A stretch of DNA of 64,000 nt, from assembly GCF_009914755.1 (NCBI RefSeq), contig NC_060941.1; one strand, written 5' to 3'. Shown here piece by piece: positions 1 through 13,800 of this stretch. The notes beneath the pieces are model-generated. The model was not told where the DNA came from and did not search any database. It saw only the letters and a list, made by a program, of their open reading frames with translations. Both the position numbers and the translations under genes were made by a program. This DNA is from the human T2T-CHM13v2.0 reference genome, Homo sapiens. The stretch's first letter is position 1, and each line of letters begins with the position of its first letter.

Positions 1-135
1 TAAATTAAACTTTATCATAGGTATGTATGTATAGGAAAAAGACATAGTATGTATAGGTCTCAGTACTATCAGAGGTTCAAGGCATCTACTGGGAATCTTG
101 GAACGTATACCCCACGGATAAGGGGGCATTGCTAT
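1..135 (+). mobile_element. MER44/Tigger7-like DNA transposon, 3' end
   Basis: taaattaaactttatcataggtatgtatgtatagg...ttggaacgtataccccacggataagggg matches the recalled consensus terminus. Confidence 0.7.
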
Positions 136-262
136 GTGTGCTTTTCCCTGAGACATTTGTCTGACTTTGTTATGCAGCAGAAGTATTTATGCATGCCTCT
201 CATGTCATTGCCCAAAATATTAAAGAGATGTATATTCAAATGTCAAGATGTCATAAAACTAA

Positions 263-960
<698 letters not shown>

Positions 961-1411
961 AAATCAAACGGCTACAGTTTGGTGCTGCCACCTCAATTTG
1001 TTCTAAAGGCTAGCAGTTTACCCACCATTGCTTGTGCAAAGGTCAACACGATGAAAAAGACAATGACTTAAAACGGTTTTGACTTTGCAGACCCCTTAGA
1101 AAAACTACTATTATTCTAAAACAGAAATCATGGGTCAGTGATTCAGTAGTTGTTTGAGAACTGTTTTTATTGCTCTGAAAATGTCCGTTAAGTTGTTAGC
1201 CTTATGGGGTCTTGAGCCATGTTGAGGGTGGGTTAGTATTCAGAGTAAGATGATTCAGCCCTGGCATGGTGGGGAGGAGTTCAAGCTCTGGAATGAGACT
1301 GGGGTTTTCTTGGGGAAGTCCTTTAACCTCAGTTTTTCTCATCGCGAAAATAATCATCATAATAAAATCTGTCTCATTTATTTTAAGGTTCAACTAAGTA
1401 AAAATAAAATG

Positions 1412-1644
1412 CAGTTGTCCCTCACTATCTGTGGGGATCCCAGGACCCCCTCCTCAGATGCTCAAGGTTCTGATATAAAATGGTGTAGCATTTGCATTTA
1501 GCCTTGGGAATCCTTCTGGATACTTTAAATCATCTTATGATACTTGATACAATGTAAATGGCTGTGTAACTAGTTGTTAGACTGTGTTGTTTAGGGAATA
1601 ATGACAAGCAAAAAAGTCTGACACGTTCAACACAGACACAATTT

Positions 1645-1682
<38 letters not shown>

Positions 1683-1734
1683 TGGAGGTGAGTTCTGGCC
1701 ATGGATTCAGAACCACAGATCCAGAGGGCCGGCT
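1412..1734 (+). mobile_element. MER2 (Tigger-derived MITE) with an internal (CA)n
   Basis: cagttgtccctc...ccaggacccc...tataaaatggtgtag...gtttagggaataatgacaag...gagggccggctg. Confidence 0.75.
1648..1680. repeat. (CA)n microsatellite
   Basis: About 16 CA units. Confidence 0.95.
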
Positions 1735-2138
1735 GTACTCGACTCAGTATGTCTGGTGTGTGTTTGTTCAGTAGCATTGGCTGAACTGACCATCACTTCC
1801 AGTTCCACCTGTGCACACTTCCCAGGCTGGTCATACCATGTTGTCGGCCGGTTTTGGAAGAGCAGATTCCATGTTTTAAACTGGAGTGCTCTCAGAAGAG
1901 CAGTCATAAAGGTGAGGGGACTCAAAAGCACATCACCTGAGGGAAAGGTAGAGCTGGAAGACAGAAGACTCGGGAAGAGCCGGGGTTGCGCTCTGGTGTT
2001 TGAAGGTCTGCTGAGGGAAAGGCTAAGGCAGCCTGAGGCAGACCTGAAGCCGCGCGCAGAATTCCACAGAAGTTTACCTTCATATAACGAAGGACCTTTT
2101 GTGATCTCCGGCCACAAGTGGGTTGAGCTGTTTCATAA

Positions 2139-2481
<343 letters not shown>

Positions 2482-3937
2482 TTCAGGCAAGTTGTAAGAA
2501 ACGACTTGTCATCAACATCATAAAATCTGTTGGTAGAGGTTGGATTAAACTCCAGGGAGTTCCCTGGGAACCCCCTAGGAAAGGACTTGGGCATTATACA
2601 TAAGCAAAGTTGAGTATTCTCTAACTTTGTTATCTGATGACTTTAAAATATGCACAGACTGGAATTGCCCTGGTTTTTATTGCTCTGATGTTTGGGGTTA
2701 CCTGTGAGCACAGAGTCCCATGTTTGGGAGCGTGAGTAAGAACTAACTCTGGCCCACCTGGGCAGAGAGACTTGGTCCTGTCCTTTAGGTTGGGGCAGCA
2801 GGGATTGGGCTCTGCAGGTGCTGAGTTTGCCCCAAACTAGCGAACAGGAGATTGGAGAAGGAGGCTGGGCGTTGCATAGGAAACAAGCTTTGTTTCCTGT
2901 GTTCCATTATTTTTTCGTCTCTAACTTCAAGTTTCTGATCTTGTCTCTTCGGTAAGCAGCAAATTAACAGGAGGTGGCACTGCTGTTCTGGAAAAAGAGC
3001 AGACGTGACAGTCCTGGGGCCAGCACCTCACTCCGGGAAAGGAGTGCCTGGTGGCTGAAGTGCTTCCTCCCCCTGTTTACCTTTGGCACCCGAACATCCC
3101 TTTCGCCACTCTCCTTTGTCCATTTTTACCTCGTTTGCTCTGGACGGTTTCCCTTGTTTATTTTTTTCTCCACTCCTACAGTTCCTGTGGATGAAGCTGT
3201 TTCCATTCACTCACTGTCCCTGACACACCCTTCCTTTGAAAACAAACATGGGGGTTGAGAGCCTGGAGCAAGAAAGATGGAGCAGCCTATTGCCAGCTGA
3301 CTGGGAGGGACTGGGATCGCCGGCCTCCCTGAGGTGCTGATCTAGGAAAAGATCTAGATCTCACGCTCTGATCTAGGAAAAGAATCCTCCCAGCCCAGGA
3401 GTGTACATCTGTGAAAACAAAATTCCGTCTTCTGGGTCAAGGAGGTGGCATCAGGTGGGGGTTGGGGGGAATTGTTCTGGCATTTTTTAAAAAGGCATGT
3501 ATAACCCCAGTTAAGAGAAGACATTTTTAAAATTCTAAGATCCCTAAAGTAGTACTAAAATGTGGAGCTCACAAACAATTTAGAGCCGGTCTGGTGGACT
3601 TGTGGTCCGAAGACCTGGGTTGTGCCCTGGCCTGGCTTCCCTCTGGCTGTGGAACCACAGGCCTGTAACTTAAGCTTCACTCGGCTCCATTTGGGCAGTC
3701 AGGGCCGTGAGACCCCCTTTGCAAGGTGGTTGTGACTGCGGCGTGAGAGAATGTACATGAAGGTGCTTTTCGCAGTATACAATGCACTTGTTAGCAGTGC
3801 TTGGCCTTTTCAGTGTAACTAAGTCTGATTATACGCCCTTATCCTGTAGGTTAGAAGGCGCCACGATTTCTCGGCTCACTGCCCTTCATGTCTCCATAGT
3901 TTTTCACAGACCTCTGGAACAAAAAGAAATGCCTAAT

Positions 3938-4236
3938 GGCTGAGTGTGGTAGCTCAAGCCTGTAATCCCAGCACTTGGGGATGCCCGAGGCAGGAGAATT
4001 GCTTGAGCACAGGAGTTTGAGACCAGCCTGGGCAACATGGTGAAACCCGTCTCTACAGAAACTACAAAAGTTAGCCAGGCATGGTAGTGTGTGCCTGTAG
4101 TCCCAGGTACTTGGGAGGCTGAGATGGGAGGATCATTTGATCCTGGGAGGCAGAGGTTGCTGTGAGCCGAGATCTGTACCACTGCACTCCAGCCTGGGCA
4201 GCAAACCAAGACCCTGTCTGAAAAAAAGAAGAAAAA
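3938..4236 (+). mobile_element. AluJ-like
   Basis: Diverged full-length Alu, TSD aaatgcctaa. Confidence 0.9.
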
Positions 4237-5349
4237 ATGCCTAACGAATGGTTCTGTTTCTTATGTCATTAGCTTCAGACACTAAGTATTACTGTCCTCA
4301 CAATTCAGTAGCTGCTTAAAAAAATAATATGTGTAAGTGTGTGTGGTATGTGACATGTGGAGTAAGGCTGTGTTTCCTGTAACAGTTTTGTTAAATATCC
4401 TGTGGCACCTTTGTGAGTTTGCTGGGTTACCCCAGGTAGTAGTCTGGGAACTGTGGCAGTAGATTGTCTTAAGAGTTCCAGAGTGGGGGCCTTGACAAGT
4501 CCTCACTTAGCCTCCTCTGGAGGCCCAGCCGGGTGAGTGGTTCTCTGCCTCAGTGGCTATTCATACCCATCCTGAAGAAGACCAGGTCTCCCAGTTGACG
4601 GGAGTTACTGACTCACAGTCTAGATGAGGATTTGTATTGGGCAGAGCTGACTCGGTAATTCCCTCACCCACTCTCCTCTCAACTCCTTCCCACTGTCCTT
4701 GCATTACTCCTGATCTTTTGAAGTACCAGAATCAAATATCTGAAAACTGCCTAAGGGGCTAATCTCCCAGGAATTTGTTGTTGACTGCTGATTATAGGAA
4801 GAACTTTGAGGAGCCTGCCAGCAATTGCATGCAGGCAGCACTGCAGGTTGAAATCTTATATTCTTTTTATTGAACACAGACCCAGAACACGGGCAGCTTC
4901 TGCAGGATTGCTGCAGAGCACAAGTGTTTCCCATCTGGGCTCCTGGTATATTCGCTGCCCTTCCAAGACTCTGGGATCTGAAAGGAAGATGCTGTGGCTT
5001 TTCATAAACAAGCAGCAAAGGGTTGCATTCCTCCTGATATTGAAGGATATTTAGGAGGGTATGTGATGTGGTATGAGATAGGAGCCCCGAGTCCTTTTGC
5101 AGCATTGCAAACAGGTTGTTTGTGTGCCTTTGTTGATGCGCTGCTGGCGAGCCCTGACAACTGAGAATTACTCTGCAGAACGAAAGAGCAAACTTGAGCT
5201 CTCAGAGCTTAAGCTTGGACTTTTTTTTTAATGGACAGAGTTATTTTTTTATAAAAATATAAAATGTTTTTATATTGTGTTTATTTTTATTTTTGTCAAA
5301 TTATTGTAGCAAGATTGAGTATTTTGCAAAAGGAAAAAAAATCACCTAA

Positions 5350-6531
<1,182 letters not shown>

Positions 6532-9422
6532 TAAAAAATAATAATAATAATAATAATTTTTTAAATATTCCAAATGGAGATTTTTTTAAAAACCCATTGA
6601 GATCTACCAACTTTTGTTCTAGTAGTGACACCAGTCCTTAGCCCCACAGATTTTCACATCATTTCCCTCATTCTCATATTTTCTTCAGCTATATAAGTTA
6701 AATCCAGAAATAAGCACGTTACACTAGCAAAATCTGAATAGGTTTTTATAATTGAATGCTATGTCTGCAGTTTCCCTCTAATGAAGTTCTCTGGTGAACA
6801 GGAAATGGGCCATGTGCTTTACTTGGGTCAGAAGGAATAACTCGTTCTTTAAGCTCGTGTTCTTATTGGAAGTCCACATGGTTGTTCCCCCAGGAAGGGA
6901 GAAGAGCTGGGTAGAGTTCAGGATTTGGTAGCATTTTTTCTGTGAGTCCCCAGGAAGTCTCTAGGCTAAGGACAGGGAGGTAGCACCCACGGTTTGTGTG
7001 ATTAAGCCTGCAGGACCAACCCTTTCAAACAAGTTAACTCAGATGTGACTCACTGGGGCCCCATGGACTCTAGAGCTGTTTCCCCTGATCGTCATAGGTG
7101 AAAGATAATAATTCTGGCTGTCTTCCCTTAAGTCCAGGGTTTTAATACCTGCTTCACTCTGACCTGCTAGAGAATCATTCCTGGAGGGGTGCTTTTCCTT
7201 CTTGGTCTTCACTGTTGGCTTACCCAGTGGTTGAACCAACAGCTTCCTAGAAACCGCTACCCTTTGCAGCCTCTTAGTCTAGAGGGAGAAGGTGGGAAGT
7301 TGGGAATAACTGGATAACTGGGCTTTTGAGCCAAACAGATTTGGCCTTGAATTTCAACATTGCCATTTATTGGGTGAGCTGCTTCATTGTGTTTTACCTC
7401 AGTTTACTCGTGTGCAAAATGGAAATAATAATGTCTACCTCATAGGGTTATTGTGAGACTTGAATAGTGTAGGTTAGCTTGTAGTGGGTTCTACGTTTAG
7501 GGTGTCATGTGGGGTGCTATGTGAGTGGGAGAGTATATGCTTCATCCTTCCATCCTGTTTTATTAGTCCACCTGCCCCTGTGTTCTATCTCCCATACCCT
7601 GTAATCTTTTGAGTGCTGATTAGAAGGGAACAAAATTACAGTATGACTCACCCAGGACCAGAGAAGGAAATGGCCCTTGACCATTGCTGGTTTGTGAGCC
7701 ATCCACCACCCTTCTCTTGGAAGTTGTAATGTGGGCCTTGAACTATTGAGAATGCCCAAGCCTACGTAGCATTCGGCACTTCCCTGCGCTCAACACGATG
7801 GATGGTCTTCTTTAGGCTTTTCCTCAACAACACTAGGGTTGCCTTGCACAGCTGGGAGACATGGAATTTCCAGAAGCTCGTGGAGTGGCTGTGCTGGGAA
7901 GAACCTACCCCAGCCTGAGGTCTAGGGTTCTGGGGGTTCTAGGGGCCTGCTGGGTGATAACCGGATCTGAGCAGGAGTCAGAAAGGCAGGCAGGCCATGA
8001 AAGTCACTCTTCAATTGTCGCAAGGGAAGGAAATCCAAGCCTGCTTTGGCTTTGTCCTGCCACCTTCCAAGGAAGGCCTCACTACATCATAAGCTGAACA
8101 CTGCTGGTAGAAGCGCTGGTAGTTGTTGGAAGTTGTGATCTCATGCAAAGGGGAACAATGACCATTATTCTCCCTCTGACCCCTCCTTGGCTCCATTGCA
8201 CTGCCAGAGGGGCCTTCTTGATGGCAGTTGATCCAAGTAACCTGAAGCTGAGACTCCCAGAAGCCCCACCTCACTCCTGTGGTTCCACAGCCCACAGGGA
8301 GCCACCGCGTGTCTGGTACACCCTCCCGTCAGCCGTGCAAGCCCCAACATACCTCCTTCCCTTCGGGCCAGATGCCATGGATTGCTAACTGAGGTGTGGC
8401 TGGGCCCCTCCTTCCCCATCTGGGACTCATTTTTTTGAAATTATATGATACAGAGGACTGCCTGTCCTTAGGGATCCAGCACTTCCGACCTTCGTTCTGT
8501 ATTTTCATCCATGTCTCCTGAAATGCTGCTGTGTGATTTCTGGGTTCAATAGGATTTTGCTCATTTCTATTCCTAACTTTGGAGTTAGGTAAATATTTTC
8601 TGGGCTGTGCTTCAAAGATGCTTGCCTTCTTTTTGGCCCTCTAAGTAACTCAGTCCCCTTCCTACCGGTGTCGATGATGACCAGTTTGCATTTCTGTCAC
8701 CCTGACTTTCAGGGACTGCGAGTATATTTGCCTGAGATGTTGATGTAACTAACTCCTCAGCTTGTCGGCCAGCCTCTCAGATGGAATGCTTTTGTAATTT
8801 GGTAGCCATGTAGAGTTGTGTGCCTTCCAGACTTGCATTCTCAACCTCACAAAGCTGTCTCTTTTGTCCTTGTCTGTCTCCAGGCTCCCCCCAACCCCCC
8901 AAATATATCAACCTAAAGCACAGAGATACTGTTCTTGTGGGAAGCCTTGAAGGGAAAAAGCCTGTCCTGGCCTCACCACCAAGAGCTTGACTCAGATCCT
9001 TGGTGTGAGGCAAACTCTGGACCTAGATACACCCGTTCCTGACACTCTGGGGATAAGACAAAAAGGGAATGGCCCTCTCTGACCATCTTCTGTAACTTTC
9101 AAGAAACCAAAAATCTTGAAGTGTCTTGAATCAAATGTAGATTGTACTTGGAATAGTCGGATAACAAAAGTCCCCCTTGGAAATAGCTCCCTGCATTTAC
9201 ATTGAAGTCTAGTTGGTTGTAACATGTTCCATGTAACAACATCAGGAGCCGTGCTGAGCCACGTGGGCTTTGTAAATTTAGCCAGATTTTTCAAATAGAG
9301 AAACTGTTTCCCTTCCTCCTCCCTACCTTGTCTTCAGTCTACAAGGCCAATTCTATAGCCGGCTTAATAAGTCTTGGCAAACTCCTGTTTCACCCATTCC
9401 TATAGAAACCTTCTGTGGTTGG

Positions 9423-10046
<624 letters not shown>

Positions 10047-10520
10047 TCACTCCTAGCCCCCAACCATGTCTCTGTCAAACCAACATCATTTTATTCTGGA
10101 ACTTGGAGGTATTTTATAAAGGTAATCCAGCATTGTTGCTTTCTTGGCAACCTGAAGTGACTCACATTGATCTCAGAAAACCTTGTTTTGACTATTACTT
10201 TGATGCCTCCACAAGAGGGTTTCTGGAGGATGGCATAGCAGTTGTTCTGAAGCAGCTGTATTGCCTGATGGTTAAGAGCACAGTTTCATGGGACTGTTGT
10301 GAAAAATGAGATTCTTAATTGAAGAGCTTAGCATAATACCTAAACTTATTCCCCTAGATTGAGTTTTCATATTTTATCCTCAATGCTTGGCCCATTGCTT
10401 GGTGTATAAATCATGCTCAATAAATTATCTGTGGAAAAAATAAATGAATTAACTATACAGTAATTATTTTTGTCTTAGGATTTAGGAGCATTAGGCCCAG
10501 TGTTCGGAAAGAGGATGCAG

Positions 10521-10822
10521 GGCCAGATGTGGTGGCTCACACCTGTAATCCCAGCATTTTGGGAGGCTGTGGCAGGAGGATTGCTTGAGCCTACGAGTTC
10601 AAGAGCAGCCTGGGCAACATAGTGAGACCCCATCTCTACAAAAAATTTAAAAATTAGCCAGCCATGGTGGTGCATGCCTGTAATCCCAGCTACTTGGGAG
10701 GCTGAGGCAAGAGAATTGCTTGAGCCCAGGAGGTCAAGGCTGCAATGAGCTATGATTGCGCCAGTGTACTCCAGCCTGTGTGACAGAGTGAGACCCTGTC
10801 TCAGGAAAAAAAAAAAAAAAAA
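10521..10822 (+). mobile_element. AluJ-like
   Basis: Full-length Alu with an A tail. Confidence 0.9.
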
Positions 10823-11102
10823 GATGATGCAGAAAGATGAACAAAGAATTGGGTTTGAAATTTTTTTGTAATTCAGCGTTGGTGTCCCCTCCCCACCTTC
10901 TCCTGCCCCTTGGCAGACTTTTATTGCAAGCCTAGCCCTTTTGTTAGCTGCTCTTCTGCTGCCTGTCCGTCTGACATTTCTAGTGAATCTACACATGAAA
11001 CTCACTGTGGAGTTGACCAGGCTGGGAGTCTGAAGTTAAAACATAACAGCTGAAGGTAGGTGTGGAACCTAAACTTGACAGAAGACAAACTGACAGTGTT
11101 TG

Positions 11103-11104
<2 letters not shown>

Positions 11105-11141
<37 letters not shown>
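11105..11141. repeat. (GT)n microsatellite
   Basis: About 18 GT units. Confidence 0.95.
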
Positions 11142-11143
<2 letters not shown>

Positions 11144-12299
11144 TGACAGAGAGAGGTCAGTGCTTGAGCACCTTCTGTGGACCAGGCTGACTATTAGACT
11201 TGGTGATTTTTGTGAGTACACAGAGTAGAGTAGTTTGTCTTCATCGGCCAGGTGAGCATGAGGGTAGAGGAAGGCTTCCCTGGGCTGGGCTGAGGCCTAC
11301 ACGGGGCTTTCTAGGCAGGAGTGGGGAGAAGGTGATTTCAGGGAGCAGGCATTGCAAAGATCCTGGGTGCAGAAAGGGGAGGAAGAGGCTGAAATGGGCA
11401 GCAGGGAATCCTCAAGGCTCGTGGGCCACAGTGAGGATCTGTTTTTAAGGAGCTATTGTGCTCGTGAAGTGAGATCTCATCAGGCCATGGGCTGTCCCAG
11501 GTCTGAGAGAATAAAGGTTTGAAAGGAGTCATTTTACTAATCTGCCTCCCTAGCTGCCACGTACTTGTAAGATGCAAGATTACATTGCCCAACAGGAAAC
11601 CCCCAGTCTGTAGCATTCTTGCCTGTGGCCTCGGGGCTGGCTGCCCTGTGCCCCTGTTCAGAGTGCTTTCTCTGTGCCCGCTACTCCCGAAGCTGGAAAG
11701 AAAACATGACGTTTAGATTTGGTGGGATCTAGATGCTGGCGGCTGCCTTTGTGGAACTCAAGTTTGACACTGGAGCTTTGTGGGGCCGGTTCCAGGAAGG
11801 ATTGAGGAAGCATTGTTGGCTGTAAATAAACCTCCATTCTCTTACTCAGGACTTGGTACTTCTCTGCTGAGTAAATCCTCCCAGCTCAAATGGCAGCTTG
11901 TCCAGTTTCGTGGGTCTATATTGTTGTTACTTCCTTCCTGCGCTCCAGTCAGCTTCATCAATGGCTGGACTTTTGTATTCTCTGCAGGAGGAACCATATT
12001 CCAGGTTCTGTAATTCTTGAGAACCAGGCCCCTGCCACTGACCTACAGTTGCATCTTCCAAGTCTCAGTCACAGTTGGTTAAGAAACCAAATTGGCAGGT
12101 TGAGATCACTATTCTTCTCCAGGGACAGCGCCCAGTGTGCCGCAGCCGCCTCCTGCTCTGGTTGTTGGGCCTTTAGTCTCAGGTGGGGTCTGGGTGGATG
12201 AGGGGTGCAGGCAGAGGAGGAGACCTCGGCTCAGATTGGTGTCCTCCACCAGCTCAGCGTTTAAACCATACTTCCTCTTTCCTCCTTTCTGTTTTCTAA

Positions 12300-12571
12300 C
12301 TTGGCTTTTGTTTTTGTCTTTTCGTTTTTCCTTGTATCTTTTTTTTTTTTTTTTGGAGACAATCTTGCTCTTTCAGGCTGGAGTGCAGTGGCGCAATCTC
12401 GGCTTACTGCAACCTCCACCTCTCAAGTAGCTGGGATTACAGGCATGCACCACCATGCCCGGCTAATTTTTGTATTTTTAGTGGAGAGGAGGTTTTACCA
12501 TGTTGTCCAGGCTGGTCCCAAACTCCTGGCCTCAAGTGATCTGCGCACCTCAGCCTCCCAACTCGCCCAGC
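12300..12571 (-). mobile_element. Alu with internal deletions
   Basis: T-rich tail followed by Alu motifs. Confidence 0.85.
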
Positions 12572-13151
12572 CTGTTTTTCCTTGTGTCTTGATTGGAATT
12601 GAATGAGGGGGCTGAAGAGGTGGGCCTAGTCTTTTCTCCCAGGAGCAGCCTTCCTTTCCTAGGTGAGGTGCTTTGTTTTCACCTTCCTTAGGAACTGGGT
12701 GAAAAGCCCTCAGCCTGTTCTGGCTGTGTGTTGTTGCTCATGTCTCTGGGCTGCGGGTTCCATGCCCTCTGGCTAATGTAGACAGATGCCTGGTGACTAG
12801 ACATCCAGGATGAGCTCATTACTTTAACCAACTGAGAATTTCTACCTGAAGGCCAGTGGGTGGATTCATACGAGTCAAGACAGGTGTTTCCTGTGCATTT
12901 CAAAACGCTGCTGGCGGGGAAGAGATGAACAGTGCTTTCTTGTTGCTTTTTGCTTGTATCCTCACAGCCCTTCTTTCCGCTTCCTGCCTCTTTAAGGGCA
13001 TAGTGAGAATCTCCCCCAGAGCAGGTGGTTTAACACCAGTGCCTTGAACGACTGGCAGTTTAATAATCGAGCCTTTCTTCCGTCTCCTTAATTCTGTCAT
13101 TTAAAATATTTCAGTGGGCGAGAGGTGACTTCTATCAATTAAAAGATTTCA

Positions 13152-13330
13152 ATGGGAGGGAGGTGAGGAATGAAAAATTACCTACCGGGTACAGTGTTCA
13201 CTTTCTGGGTGATGGGTACACTGGGAGCCCAAACCTTACTTATCATTACACAATAATATATCCATGTAACAGACCTGCACATATACCACCAAATCTAAAA
13301 TAAAATACTTTTTTTTAAATTATAAAATAA
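13152..13330 (+). mobile_element. L1 (L1MA/PB-type) 3' end fragment
   Basis: gaaaaattacctaccgggtac...ggtgatgggtacact...atccatgtaacagacctgcacat...tctaaaataaaa. Confidence 0.7.
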
Positions 13331-13594
13331 ATCGTTCATCACATGTTTTTTCTGACACATGGCTGGCTTCCATGATAACTGTCATGGGTGCTTGGTCCAT
13401 TTTTCATACTAAATACCTCCTATCTGAGACATGACTGGTAAGAGGGCATCTCTTTAGGCCTGTCCTCCCTGTGGTGGAGGTCGTTATAGAGGCATATCAT
13501 TACTGTTTGAATAGAGGTCACTTTTATTGGATGAAACTTGATTCAGTGGATGGTTGTGTGTAAATGGTACTAAAAAGCAGCTCTGGGGTATTTC

Positions 13595-13800
13595 AGGGTC
13601 TCCCTGTGTCACCCAGGCTGGAGTGCAGTGGCATGATCATAGCTCACTGCAGCTTTGACCTCCCAGACTCAGGTGATCTCTCCTCAGCCTCCCAAGTAGC
13701 TAGGACTACAGGCTGGTCTCAAACTCCTGGACTCAAGCAGTCAGGCCCACCTCAGCCTCTCAAAGTGCTGGGATTACAGGCGTGAGCCACTGCGCCTGAC
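13595..13800 (-). mobile_element. Deleted AluJ-like fragment
   Basis: gtcacccaggctggagtgcagtgg...ctgggattacaggcgtgagccac. Confidence 0.85.
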
